A program made the position numbers and the translations under genes. This document shows positions 13,640 to 25,406 of a DNA stretch of 64,000 nucleotides, piece after piece. Positions within the stretch are counted from its first letter, which is position 1; the number at the start of each line of letters is the position of its first letter. Under the pieces are notes generated by a model, which worked only from the letters and a program-made list of their open reading frames with translations, was not told the DNA's origin and made no database searches. This stretch comes from Mobula hypostoma (taxonomy: Eukaryota), in contig NC_086097.1 in the NCBI RefSeq assembly GCF_963921235.1, positions 62,746,001 to 62,810,000 on the forward strand, given 5' to 3'.

Positions 13640-14140
13640 AGAAACTGAACCAATTTTACATTCAGCACATCTACAAAGAGTGCTGTCACAAAAAGCAGCA
13701 TCTCTTCTTAAAGACCCCCACCATTCAGGCCATTCTCTCTTCTTGCTGCCGCCATCAGCAAAGAGGTACAAAAGTCTTAGGTCCCACATCACCAGGTTTC
13801 AGGAACAGTTATTATCCCTCAACCTTTGGGCTCCTGAACCAGCGATGAGAACCTCACTTGCCTCAACACTAAACTGATTAGAACATAAGAACATAAGAAA
13901 TAGGATCAGGAGTAGGCCACCTGTCTGCCTTTCAATAAGACCATGGCTGATTGGCCGTGGACTGATCTCCACCTACCTGCCATTTCTCCATAACCCTTAA
14001 TTCCCCCTTATGGACTCACTTTCAGAGATTCTACAAATCATGTCAACAATATTATTTATTTATTCATTCATTATTATTTGTAGTTTTTGTATTTGCACAA
14101 TTTGCCTTCTTTTGCACATTTGTTGTTTGTCAGTCTTTGT
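13640..14140 (+). mobile_element. Rex1/Babar-like 3' end with a nested CR1 tail fragment (13878-14010, minus)
   Basis: KAASLLKDPHHSGHSLFLLPPSAKRYKSLRSHITRF in ORF 13623; agaacataagaacataagaaatagg tail. Confidence 0.75.
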
Positions 14141-15680
14141 GTGTAGAAGAAGCCATCCAGGGCAAATCAGCTTGTAGACTAGTACAATCACCCTAAATAT
14201 TCATTCTCTCCATCAGTCAAGCTGTGGTGTCTACCACCTACAAAATGCACCGCATTTGTTCACCTTGGCTTCTGGACCCCGGCACTAAGGAGTAGCAAGG
14301 CAAAAGTCATTTTGGACCATTTGCAGAATCCTCTTCGAGTAACACGACATCCTGTTTCAAAAATATATCACCTGTGCAGTATTGTTACTTTATCTAAATC
14401 CTGGAATTCCCTATCCAACAGCACCATTGAAGCATCTTCATTAGAAGGACTGCGACAGTTCAAAAATATAACTCACTACCATATTGTCAAGACAATTAAA
14501 ATAGGAAACATATGCTGGCCTTTTTCGGTAATATTCAGATCCCAAAAAAATAAAGAAATTGACACTGATCTTGCCAATATTGCATGAGTCCTATTTTAGC
14601 TCTTCTTTCTGGGTATAAAACACTCATATATATACCATTTCAGATGGAGAATTTCCTGATTTTTTTGTTCTGCCATATATAAATGTATTAAAATGTAGTT
14701 GTTGTTTTCAAATCCTGTGGTTAGGCCTCATAAGCATTAAAAACTTAGCTCTCTCCGAATACATATTGACTTTTAAATGTCTGTTTTGTTACTAGAGCAA
14801 GTTGAAAGATGTATTGTTAATGTGGTACAAAATAATTCATCTCATATCCAGTTCCAAACTAAAATCAAGTGGATGTGCAGTTGTCATCTCTGAGAACATC
14901 ATCTCCATCCTATCAACTGTGTTCAAGCTCCAATATTCTAGAGAGAACTGCATCTTCATAGATAATGAAGTATTGAATAAAACAATCATATATGCAGTCC
15001 CATGAGTCAGCAGCATGCTCTATGTGCAACTCTAAGAATACAAATGGAGTAAGTTTAGATCTATTTCTTTTTTGCAGTGAGGCTACTACTGGTGATACCA
15101 GTAAGGAGTAACATAACTCCAACAGTAACTGAGAAAATACTGCAAGTACTGATAATAGACTTGCTGTTTTCCACAGCAGTAATTCCAGTTAACACAAACA
15201 GAAATAAGGGACATAAAATATTTAAGCATTTTTCATCTTTTATTTAAACATGGTATCTAAAAATGAAAGTTTTACTTTCCCACAGACTGTTGCACCATCA
15301 AGAGCTCTCTGACGATCATAAAGTGAACCTCAATCTATACAATTCAAACTATGTCCCATGTGATTATCACTGATCAATCAGAATAACTGTGCTACTGCAA
15401 CTATCTTAACCACGCAGCCGTAACCTTGAGAAGAGAGCTGTTAATCAGAGGTGGTTTTACTGTCATCTTCACCAGCATCTATTGTCTCTTAAGGGAGAGT
15501 TGTTATACATGAATTCAATAACTTCGGGGCTTATTGGACTATTTGAAAAAAGTGATTAAAAATAAATTAACTCAATAAAGGAATCTGTTTGCATCTTCTG
15601 GGATATAATGAACATTCTTCACAGGATCCATTGATCAAATTATGTGATGGATAAAATGCAAGAAGCTGGAAACAAAGATA

Positions 15681-15800
15681 TGATGAAGGGTCTTAGCCTG
15701 AAGTATTGATTGTTTATTTCCATTCATAGATGCTGCCTGACCTGCCGAGTTCCTCCAGTGTTTCGAGTGTTGCTCAAAATTTCTAATGTCTGCAGAATCA
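15681..15800 (+). mobile_element. Solo PLE pseudo-LTR with a decayed hammerhead motif
   Basis: tgatgaagggtcttagcctgaag...catagatgctgcctgacctgccgagttcctccag...ctgcagaatc. Confidence 0.7.
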
Positions 15801-16272
15801 CATGCCTCTGATATTCCTTCTAATCGTGCTTAACACAATATGTATCTGGTGCTGGAGTTGGCAGTATGTTCCAAATGATAATTTTACAAGTTTTAAATAC
15901 AGAGGTGTTGAGCCTGATATTATATTACTGGAAAGTACTGACAGAGACAGTGTGATAAAATTACCAAAAGCTGTGATTCACTTAATGTATTGTATATGGT
16001 TTAATTGGTCAGGAATTTTAATTCAACATTTTTATTTAGTACAGTTCAGCCAATATCAAAAATAAATGCTGCAACTTTATTTTTCAAAATCTATCAGTGC
16101 AACTTTTAAAGAGAGTTTACTAAAGAAAGTCTCCGCCTATAAAACTGGACAAGCTTCCCATCCCTGCTAGGTGAATTGATTACCAGTGGCTATTTCCAGT
16201 ATTTGCTCTTGCTCAGAGACCTTGAAGGAGGCATCAAAGATCAAGCAGCTGTTCTTTTTTCCAACGTGCAGC

Positions 16273-16345
16273 TAGAACATAGAACATAGAACATAGAATA
16301 GTACAGCACAGTACAGGCCCTTCGGCCCACAATGTTGTGCCGATC
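16273..16345 (-). mobile_element. Extremely 5'-truncated CR1 insertion (3' end plus (agaacat)n tail)
   Basis: agaacat x3 followed by agtacagcacagtacaggcccttcggcccacaatgttgtgccga; cagct on both flanks. Confidence 0.7.
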
Positions 16346-16729
16346 CAGCTGCTGGATACATTTCAAAAGGTATAATTGTGATTTTGCTCACTGACTGATT
16401 GGTCCAAATATTAATTAAAGTATGTTTTACAAACCATCTCTGGGGAACAGACAGGTTCCGGCTTACAGGTGCCCATGTCAAATCTGTCCACAAGTCAGTG
16501 AATACACAAAAACCACCTAGTGTAGCAACCAGACCACAACAGTATTGTATTGATTGGCATGAAAAGCATACAAGACTGACAAGGAAAAACAATTATTAAG
16601 AGATGAGAGAGAGAGAGGAAACTAATTTTTCCTTTCATAGGAACAACCATATGCAGAGGAGTTGGAGTTTTGAACTGAAATTATGGGAGCTCATTCAGAT
16701 GTATGGATATCCATAATCCTGGCATTTGT

Positions 16730-16997
16730 TTGTCACAAGACTTTTTCAAGCTGGCCTAGATGAAGTGGTCCACAATGATCGGGAACACATCAGGGTGCAC
16801 TGAGTAGATTGCATTGCTCAGCTCCTCTTCTGGCAGCTTGATGTTAGCCAGGTGTGGAATGTGCACTGCGACCAGGATGACAGTGGAGAACTCCCTCAAC
16901 AGATAGAATGAATGATACTTGACTGCCAGATGTTCCAGTTCGGGGGGAAAGGGACTGAAACTCAACTGCCATGCCTGTGTGTCATGATGAGTTAATC
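16730..16997 (-). mobile_element. Rex1/Babar-like APE endonuclease fragment
   Basis: ORF 16756-16965: PELEHLAVKYHSFYLLREFSTVILVAVHIP...HPDVFPIIVD. Confidence 0.7.
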
Positions 16998-17009
16998 ATG
17001 AAACAAAGG

Positions 17010-17224
17010 CTACACACAAAATGCTGGAGGAACTCAGCAGGCCAGGCAGCATCCATGGAAAAGAGTAAACAGTCAACGTTTCGGGCCAAGACCCTTCAGC
17101 AGGACTTTGGACTGAAACGTCGACTGTTTACTCTTTTCCATGGATACTGCCTGGCCTCCTGAGTTCCTTCAAAATTTTGTGTGTATTCCATTGGTTTCCA
17201 GCATCTTCAGATTTTCTCTTTTTT
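17010..17224. mobile_element. 215-bp fold-back PLE pseudo-LTR insertion
   Basis: An inverted pLTR (17010-17106) is joined to a direct pLTR; 12-bp TSD atgaaacaaagg at 16998-17009 and 17225-17236. Confidence 0.85.
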
Positions 17225-17716
17225 ATGAAACAAAGGGTGCCTCTGCCTTTACCTGACACCCCCACTCAGTGGAAGCAGTGGAAGATGAAGTTCTAGGGCT
17301 GAAGTGCTGAGTCCAGAGTGCAGGGAGTGATGTCTCTGGAGAGCAGAGTACACTGCAATCCAAGTTGGTCCAAACTTTCCATATATCTAATACTCTCAGA
17401 TCCCGGTGAACCTCTTCTACACCATCTCCAAAGCCTCCTCAGCCTTCCCATAGCATGGTAATCAGACTGCATACAATGTGGCCGGAACAAGGTTTTATAC
17501 AGCTGCAATAGAAAGAGAAAATTTGGGGAATGAAACAATCAGTAAATGGGGAGAATTTTCTTTTTCTTTTTTTTATTTTTCCAATACTTTTTTGATTTCT
17601 ACATAGAAGAAGACAGAGTCCAAGAGAATACATATTATAAAGCAAAAGAAAAAATATAATAATACCAGATACAGTATATATAATATCATATTAACAAACT
17701 CCTTACTCTATATTCA

Positions 17717-18925
17717 CAAACAACAGGAATTCTGCAGATGCTGGAAATTCAAGCAACACACATAAAAGTTGCTGGTGAACGCAGCAGGTCAGGCAGCATC
17801 TCTAGGAAGAGGTGCAGTCGACGTTTCAGGCCGAGACCCTTCGTCAGGATGAACTGAAGGAAGAGTGAGTAAGGGATTTGAAAGTTGGAGGGGGAGGGGG
17901 AGATGCAAAATGATAGGAGAAGACAGGAGGGGGAGGGATAGAGCCGAGAGCTGGACAGGTAATAGGCAAAAGGGATACGAGAGGATCATGGGACAGGAGG
18001 TCCGGGAAGAAAGACAAGGGTGGGGGGGGGACCCAGAGGATGGGCAAGGGGTATATTCAGAGGGACAGAGGGAGAAAAAGGAGAGTGAGAGAAAGAATGT
18101 GTGTATAAAAATAAGTAACAGATGGGGTACGAGGGGGAGATGGGGCATTAGCGAAAGTTAGAGAAGTCGATGTTCATGCCATCAGGTTGGAGGCTACCCA
18201 GACGGAATATAAGGTGTTGTTCCTCCAACCTGAGTGTGGCTTCATCTTTACAGTAGAGGAGGCCGTGGGTAGACATGTCAGAATGGGAATGGGATGTGGA
18301 ATTAAAATGTGTGGCCACTGGGAGATCCTTTCTCTGGCAGACAGAGCGTAGATGTTCAGCAAAGCGGTCTCCCAGTCTGCGTCGGGTCTCATCAATATAT
18401 AAAAGGCCACATCAGGAGCACCGGACGCAGTATATCACCCCAGCTGACTCACAGGTGAAGTGTTGCCTCACCTGGAAGGACTGTTTGGGGCCCTGAATGG
18501 TGGTAAGGGAGGAAGTGTAAGGGCATGTGTAGCACTTGGTCCGCTTACACGGATAAGTGCCAGGAGGGAGATCAGTGGGGAGGGATGGGGGGGACGAATG
18601 GACAAGGGAGTTGCGTAGGGAGCGATCCCTGTGGAATGCAGGGGGGGGGAGGGAAAGATGTGCTTAGTGGTGGGATCCCGTTGGAGGTGGTGGAAGTTAC
18701 AGAGAATAATATGTTGGACCCGGAGGCTGGTGGGGTGGTAGGTGAGGACCAGGGGAACCCTATTCCTAGTGGGGTGGCGGGAGGATGGAGTGAGAGCAGA
18801 TGTACGTGAAATGGGGGAGATGCGTTTAAGAGCAGAGTTGATAGTGGAGGAAGGGAAGCCCCTTTCTTTAAAAAAGGAAGACATCTCCGTGTTCCTAGAA
18901 TGAAAAGCCTCATCCTGAGAGCAGA
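17717..18925 (-). mobile_element. 5'-truncated Neptune-type Penelope-like element inserted in the L1 3' UTR
   Basis: 13-bp TSD tactctatattca at 17704-17716 and 18926-18938; encodes FFKERGFPSSTI...RVPLVLTYHP and a frameshifted GIY-YIG domain, followed by the pLTR. Confidence 0.92.
17816..17851 (-). ncRNA. Minimal type I hammerhead ribozyme motif in PLE pLTR (stem I weakened)
   Basis: Minus strand catc-CTGACGA-agg gtctcgg cct-GAAA-CGTC-gact. Confidence 0.7.
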
Positions 18926-21900
18926 TACTCTATATTCATATAGATTAGATTAATTTGTATATTAGAATATAAACTATTTTATTAAAAGAAGATCTACACC
19001 CACTACCAAAGTCGAAGCCGTTTGGAAAAAAAAAGAGAAAAGAACTTATCAGATAATAAAATATGCTATTAACCAACTTCTGTACTTTACTGAGAAGTCA
19101 AAGATTATGAAAATAATTTAAAAACGGCCCCCAAATTTTGAAAATCTTGGTTAGATTCAGAAATTGAACAACGAATCTTTTCTAAATTTAGGCATGCCAT
19201 AACATCCCGTAACCACTGAGCATGATTAGGCAGAACAGCATCCTTCCATTTAAACAAAAGCGCCCTTCTAGTCATAAGAGAGATAAAAGCCAGAATGTGC
19301 AAATCAGATGTCTTCAAAATTATATCTTTGCTTCCAACAATACCAAATAGGGCAGTCAAAGGATTAGGCTTAAAATTTACTTTAAAGAGTACAGAAAAAG
19401 TTTGGAATACTTCCTTCCAATATTTTCCAAGATGTGGACATGTCCAAAACATATGAATAAATGAAGCTTCTCCATTGTTACATCTATCACAGTAGGGAGA
19501 TATATCCATATAAAAATGAGATAACTTATCCTTGGTCATATAAGCCCTACGAACCACTTTAAATTGTAGGAGGGAATGACGAGGACATAACGATGAAGTA
19601 TTAATCGATTTAAAAATCTCATTCCAAGTTTCTTCAGAAATTGAAGTCTGTAAATCTTGTTCCCAAAGATTTTTGATTTTGTCTAAAGAATAATTTCTTA
19701 TTCCCAACAACATATCATAAATACTGGATATTGAACTATTATAAAATGATTTCATCTGATACGTTCTTATCAGGACTATTAGGAAATGTATATAATTGAG
19801 ATCGCAGAAAATCTCTAATTTATAAGTACCAAAAAAATCATTTTTTGGTAAACTATATTTAGTTGACAATTGTTCAAACGAAGAAAGACTTCCTCCAACA
19901 AAGAGATCCTGGAAACATGTAATGTTCAATCCTTTCCATTGTTTAAAAACTACATCAGTCATAGAAGGCTTAAAAAATAATTTTAAAAAATGGGACTAGA
20001 AAGGGAAAATTTCAATAAACCGAAGTGTTTTCTAAATTGTATCCAAATCCTCAAAGTATGCTTGACTACCACATTTTCAGTTATCTTACGTAAGGATAAA
20101 GGAAGTGAAGTTCCCAAAAGAAAGATAGTAGAAAATTTATTAACCGAGTTAGCTTCTAAAGAAACCCTCCCGGGACAGTCCTCATGATTAATACAGTATA
20201 ACCAAAACGTGAGATTCCGTATATTAGCTGCCCAGTAATAAAACCTAAAATTTGGTAAAGCTAAACCTCCATTCTTGTTAACTTTCTGGCGATGGACTTT
20301 ATTTAATCGAGAATGTTTATTTTTCCATATGTGGGAGGATAAAATAGAGTCCAGAGAGTCAAAAAAGGATTTAGGAATAAAAACAGGTAAAGCCTGAAAG
20401 AGGTATATAAATTTAGGTAAAACATTCATTTTAATAGAATTAATTTGACCAATCAATGATAACAAAAGGGACGACCAATTTGATGATGTTCTTTTTACAT
20501 AGCAATTTAATAAAGTAAGAAAATTTTCTTTAAATAGGTATTTATAATTCTTAGTAATTGTTACCCCCAAATAAGTGAATTGGTTTCTTACAATTTTAAA
20601 AGGAAGGTTAATATCAGTTAATAGCAAATTATTCAAAGGAAAAAGTTGACTCTTGTCTAAGTTCAGTTTATATCCAGAAAACTGACTAAAGCAAGAGAGT
20701 AAAGAAAGCACAGAAGATAATGAAGTTTCGACATTAGAGATGCAAATCAATAAGTCATCCGCATAAAGTGAAACATTGTGGATAGTACCCTTTCGTAAAA
20801 TACCAGTGATATCATTAGATTCTTGACAAGCAATAGCTAAAGGTTCTAAAGCCAGGTCAAAGAGCAAAGAACCCAAAGGGCAACCTTGACTGGTTCCACG
20901 TTGAAGTTTAAATGGTTTAGAATGCTGAGAATTAGTGAGAACCCGAGCAAAAGGGGATAAATACAATAATTTAATCCATTCAATAAAGTTGGACCCAAAA
21001 TTAAATTTTTCTAAGATTTTAAATAAATAACGCCATTCAACCCAATCAAAAGACTTCTCAGCATCTAAGGATATCACACACTCTGATATCTCCTTCGAAG
21101 GAGAGTAGATAACATTTAATAATCGATGAATATTAAAATGAGAATAACGATTTTTAATAAAACCAGTCTGATTGTCAGAAATGATAGATGGTAAGTTATC
21201 TTCCATCCTGTGGGCCAGAATTTTAGATAGAATTTTAACATCAACATTAAGTAAGGAAATTGGTCTATATGAAGAACATTCAGTTGGGTTCTTTTTTTTT
21301 AAGGATAAACAAAATAGAAGCTTCATAAAAAGATTGTGGCAACCAACCTAGCTTAAAAGCATCTGAAAAAACTGAACATAAATGAGGCATAAGCAAAGAA
21401 GAAAAAGCCTTATAAAATTCTCCAGAAAATCCGTCAGGACCTGGAGCTTTCCCTGAATGCAGTGAACGTACAGCCTCGGCTCTTTCTTTGTGAGAAATAC
21501 ATTGATCCAGCTGTTTTCTGTTATCAACAGAAAACGTAGGGATATTTATTTGGTCTAAAAATTTATCCATTACAGTATTATATTTAAGAAGATCAGAACT
21601 ATAAAGCTTAGAATAAAATTCTCTAAAAGTATCATTTATTTCTAAATGATCAATTGTCCTAATACCATCAGCTTTGTAAATTTCTTTAATCTGTCATTTA
21701 GCACTAGAAGTTTTAATTTGGTTAGCCAATAATTTACCTGTTTTATCTCCATGATTATAAAATTGACTTTTATCCTTTAGGAGTTGAGTTTCAATAGGGT
21801 ATGTTAATAAAAAAAATCATGTTTAGTTTTAATTTCAACCCATCTTTTATATAAAACAGGCTCTGAAGTTGAAGCATATACTTCATCTAATTGTTTCAGC

Positions 21901-22423
21901 TGATTAGCTAAATTAATTCTCTCTTTATTAGCTTTTTCTTAACACTTGTAGTATAAGAAATGATTTGTCCTCTAATATATGCTTTAAAGGCATCCCATAT
22001 GACAAGACTAGAAGTCTCCCCCACTGTGTTTGTCTTCAAAAAAAGAGAGTAATTTGCCTCTCCAAGAACTTTAAGAAATCTTTGTCAGATAACAAAGTTA
22101 AATTAAAACACCAGAATCTGTTTGTCTGAGGAAAACCAGAAAGATTTATGGATAAAAGCACAGGAGCATGGTCAGAAATAGCAATCTCTTTATATTCACA
22201 AGATTGAACTAATAGAATCATTTGGTTATCAATAAATAGTCAATTCTGGAATACGTATGATGAACATGAGATAAAAATGAATATCCTCTATCTGCTGGAT
22301 TTAAGAAATGACATATATCAACAATAAACAACAGGAATTCTGCAGATGCTGGAAATTCAAGCAACATACATCAAAGTTGCTGGTGAACGCAGCAGGCCAA
22401 GCAGCATCTATAGGAAGAGGCGC

Positions 22424-22459
22424 AGTCGACGTTTCAGGCCGAGACCCTTCGTCAGAACT
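22424..22459 (-). ncRNA. Minimal type I hammerhead ribozyme motif in PLE pLTR
   Basis: Minus strand agtt-CTGACGA-agg gtctcgg cct-GAAA-CGTC-gact. Confidence 0.8.
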
Positions 22460-22751
22460 AACTGAAGGAAGAGTAAGTAAGGGATTTGAAAGCTGGAGGG
22501 GGAGGGGGAGATGCAAAATGATAGGAGAAGACAGGAGGGGGAGGGATAGAGCCAAGAGCTGGACAGGTGATAGGCAAAAGGGGATACGAGAGGATCATGG
22601 GACAGGAGGCCTAGGGAGAAAGACGGGGGGGGGTGACCCAGAGGATGGGCAAGAGGTATATTCAGAGGGACAGAGGGAGAAAAAGGAGAGTGAGAGAAAG
22701 AATGTGTGCATAAAAAGGAGTAACAGCTGGGGTACGAGGGGGAGGTGGGGC

Positions 22752-23309
22752 CTAGCGGAAGTTAGAGAAGTCAATGTTCATGCCATCAGGTTGGAGGCTA
22801 CCCAGACGGAATATAAGGTGTTGTTCCTCCAACCTGAGTGTGGCTTCATCTTTACAGTAGAGGAGGCCGTGGGTAGACATGTCAGAATGGGAATGGGATG
22901 TGGAATTAAAACATGTGGCCACTGGGAGATCCTGCTTTCTCTGGCGGACAGAGCGTAGATGTTCAGCAAAGCGGTCTCCCAGTCTGCTTCGGGTCTCACC
23001 AATATATAAAAGGCCACATCGGGAGCACCGGACGCAGTATATCACCCCAGTCGACTCACAGGTGAAGTGATGCCTCACCTGGAAGGACTGTTTGGGGCCC
23101 TGAATGGTGGTAAGGGAGGAAGTGTAAGGGCATGTGTAGCACTTGTTCCGCTTACACGGATAAGTGCCAGGAGGGAGATCAGTGGGGAGGGATGGGCGGG
23201 ACGATTGGACAAGGGAGTTGTGTAGGGAGCGATCCCTGCGGAATGCAGAGAGAGGGGGGGAGGGAAAGATGTGCTTAGTGGTGGGATCCCGTTGGAGGTG
23301 GCGGAAGTT
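22752..23309 (-). pseudogene. PLE ORF C-terminus (Cys-rich linker plus GIY-YIG endonuclease), left arm
   Basis: PCKRNKCYTC...GVIYCVRCSRCGLLYIGET...RFAEH...LEEQHLIFRLGSLQPDGMN; frame open but 5'-truncated with no RT. Confidence 0.9.
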
Positions 23310-23837
23310 ACTAAGCACATCTTTCCCTCCCCCCCTCTCTCTGCATTCCGCAGGGATCGCTCCCTACACAACTCCTTTGTCCATTCGTCCCCCCCATCCC
23401 TCCCCACTGATCTCCCTCCTGGCACTTATCCGTGTAAGCGGAACAAGTGCTACACATGCCCTTACACTTCCTCCCTTACCACCATTCAGGGCCCCAAACA
23501 GTCCTTCCAGGTGAGGCATCACTTCACCTGTGAGTCGACTGGGGTGATATACTGCGTCCGGTGCTCCCGATGTGGCCTTTTATATATTGGTGAGACCGGA
23601 CGCAGACTGGGAGACCGCTTTGCTGAATATCTACGCTCTGTCCGCCAGAGAAAGCAGGATCTCCCAGTGGCCACACATTTTAATTCCACATCCCATTCCC
23701 ATTCTGACATGTCTATCCACGGCCTCTTCTACTGTAAAGATGAAGCCACACTCAGGTTGGAGGAACAACACCTTATATTCCATCTGGGTAGCCTCCAACC
23801 TGATGGCATGAACATTGACTTCTCTAACTTCCGCTAG
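23310..23837 (+). pseudogene. PLE ORF C-terminus (GIY-YIG endonuclease), right arm
   Basis: Mirror copy of the left-arm ORF (VIY...YIGETGRRLGDRF). Confidence 0.9.
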
Positions 23838-24129
23838 GCCCCACCTCCCCCTCGTACCCCAGCTGTTACTCCTTTTTATGCACACATTCTTTCTCTCACT
23901 CTCCTTTTTCTCCCTCTGTCCCTCTGAATATACCTCTTGCCCATCCTCTGGGTCACCCCCCCCCGTCTTTCTCCCTAGGCCTCCTGTCCCATGATCCTCT
24001 CGTATCCCCTTTTGCCTATCACCTGTCCAGCTCTCGGCTCTATCCCTCCCCCTCCTGTCTTCTCCTATCATTTTGCATCTCCCCCTCCCCCTCCAGCTTT
24101 CAAATCCCTTACTCACTCTTCCTTCAGTT

Positions 24130-24165
24130 AGTCCTGACGAAGGGTCTCGGCCTGAAACGTCGACT
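24130..24165 (+). ncRNA. Minimal type I hammerhead ribozyme motif in PLE pLTR (intact core)
   Basis: agtc-CTGACGA-agg gtctcgg cct-GAAA-CGTC-gact: stem I agtc/gact, stem II agg/cct, palindromic ACGT in place of stem III; predicted cleavage after C24161. Confidence 0.85.
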
Positions 24166-25406
24166 GCGCCTCTTCCTATAGATGCTGCTTGGCCTGCTGC
24201 GTTCACCAGCAACTTTGATGTATGTGGCTTATATCAACAATACCACATTTCATTAGAAATGAATGGATAAACAAAGCTGATTTATTAAGTGTCACTGGTT
24301 TAGAAGAAGACTGATCTAAAACTGGATCTAACCAGCAATTAAAGTCTCCTGCCATCACCAATGCGCGCAAACTCAGATCAGGCAAAAACAAAAAAAAAAC
24401 GCTCAAAGATTCTGGATCATTTATATTTGGAGCATAAACATTAGCAAATACCAACAATTTATTTTCTAATTTCCCTGATACTATAACAAATCGTCCATTA
24501 GTATCAGAAACAACCTTGTTTTGAACAAAGGGAACTGTATTTCCTATAAAAATTGAAACTTCTCCAGCTTTGGCCTGAAAACTTGAATGAAAGTCAACCC
24601 TCTCCATCAGCTAAAAAGGTGTGAGTTATCAGAATTGTGTACATGGGTTTCTTGTAAAAAAAAAATTGAGACCTTAAATTTTTTAATATAGGCAAAAATC
24701 TTATTTTGTTTCAAAGGATGATTTAATCCTTTCACGTTAAGACTAAGTAACTTAATATTATAATCCATTTTATTATTATTTAAAAGAAAAGTTAAAAGGA
24801 TAATCTTTAAGAAGATTAGTAAAACTAAACAATAACCTATGAGATAAGGAAACCAAACAACAGGTTTGACTAAGGATCCCAAACAGCTTCAAAGAAAAAA
24901 AAACCCAAACACTCTCCCCCTTCCCAAAGAGAGAAAGTCGACCAAAGAAAGTCGACGCCTACAACTAATAGCGATATCCCCCCAAAAATCCTGCTGGCTT
25001 AGCTCCAAATAAATTACAAAGTTTGAAATATTCCAACCTAGTCAGAACAACAGATAATAAAGAAACAGTTAATTCTGAAATCAAAAACTCTAGAAAAGTA
25101 AGTATAATACAAAATAATATGGACACTCAGAATATTGGCTTATTAAAATCTTATTCTCAAAGTAAAACCGTAAGAGGTTCTAAAAGAAAATTAACTACAA
25201 GATTCACCAGAGACAAAATACACAATTATTCATGTAAGTTTTTGTTAAACAGCTCTAACATGACACTTTTAAACTTAGCAGACAAAGTAATAGCACACTA
25301 AAGTCTTTCTCAAAATAAATCCTTACAAAGTTCAAAAAGAAAGAGTTAAGTACAAAGTTTAGCAAAGGTAAAATAAACAGTTATTCATGTAACAAATAAT
25401 AAGCAA

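Larger units (their letters stand above)
22327..24229. mobile_element. ~1.9-kb palindromic Neptune-type PLE insertion inside the L1 endonuclease domain
   Basis: Arms ~22359-23279 and 23310-~24230 are reverse complements around a 30-nt spacer. TSD tatatcaacaata at 22314-22326 and 24230-24242. Removing the insert restores L1 KCGIVDICHFLNPADRGYSF. Confidence 0.95.
19105..24768 (-). pseudogene. L1 ORF2p (APE endonuclease, RT, CCHC), frameshifted and split by a PLE at 22327-24229
   Basis: SLNVKGLN, FLQETH, NVYAPN, AGDFN, SRIDY, SDHAPV, KAPGPDGF, YRPISLLNVDVKILSKIL, GTSQGCPL, LYADD, and CDRC...HMFWTC. Confidence 0.95.

Noticed and set aside
22308..22958. 216-aa ORF, its 193-aa mirror at 23631-24212 and similar ones near 17865
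   Set aside because: Antisense frames of the PLE pLTR and GIY-YIG region, open because of purine-rich low-complexity sequence.
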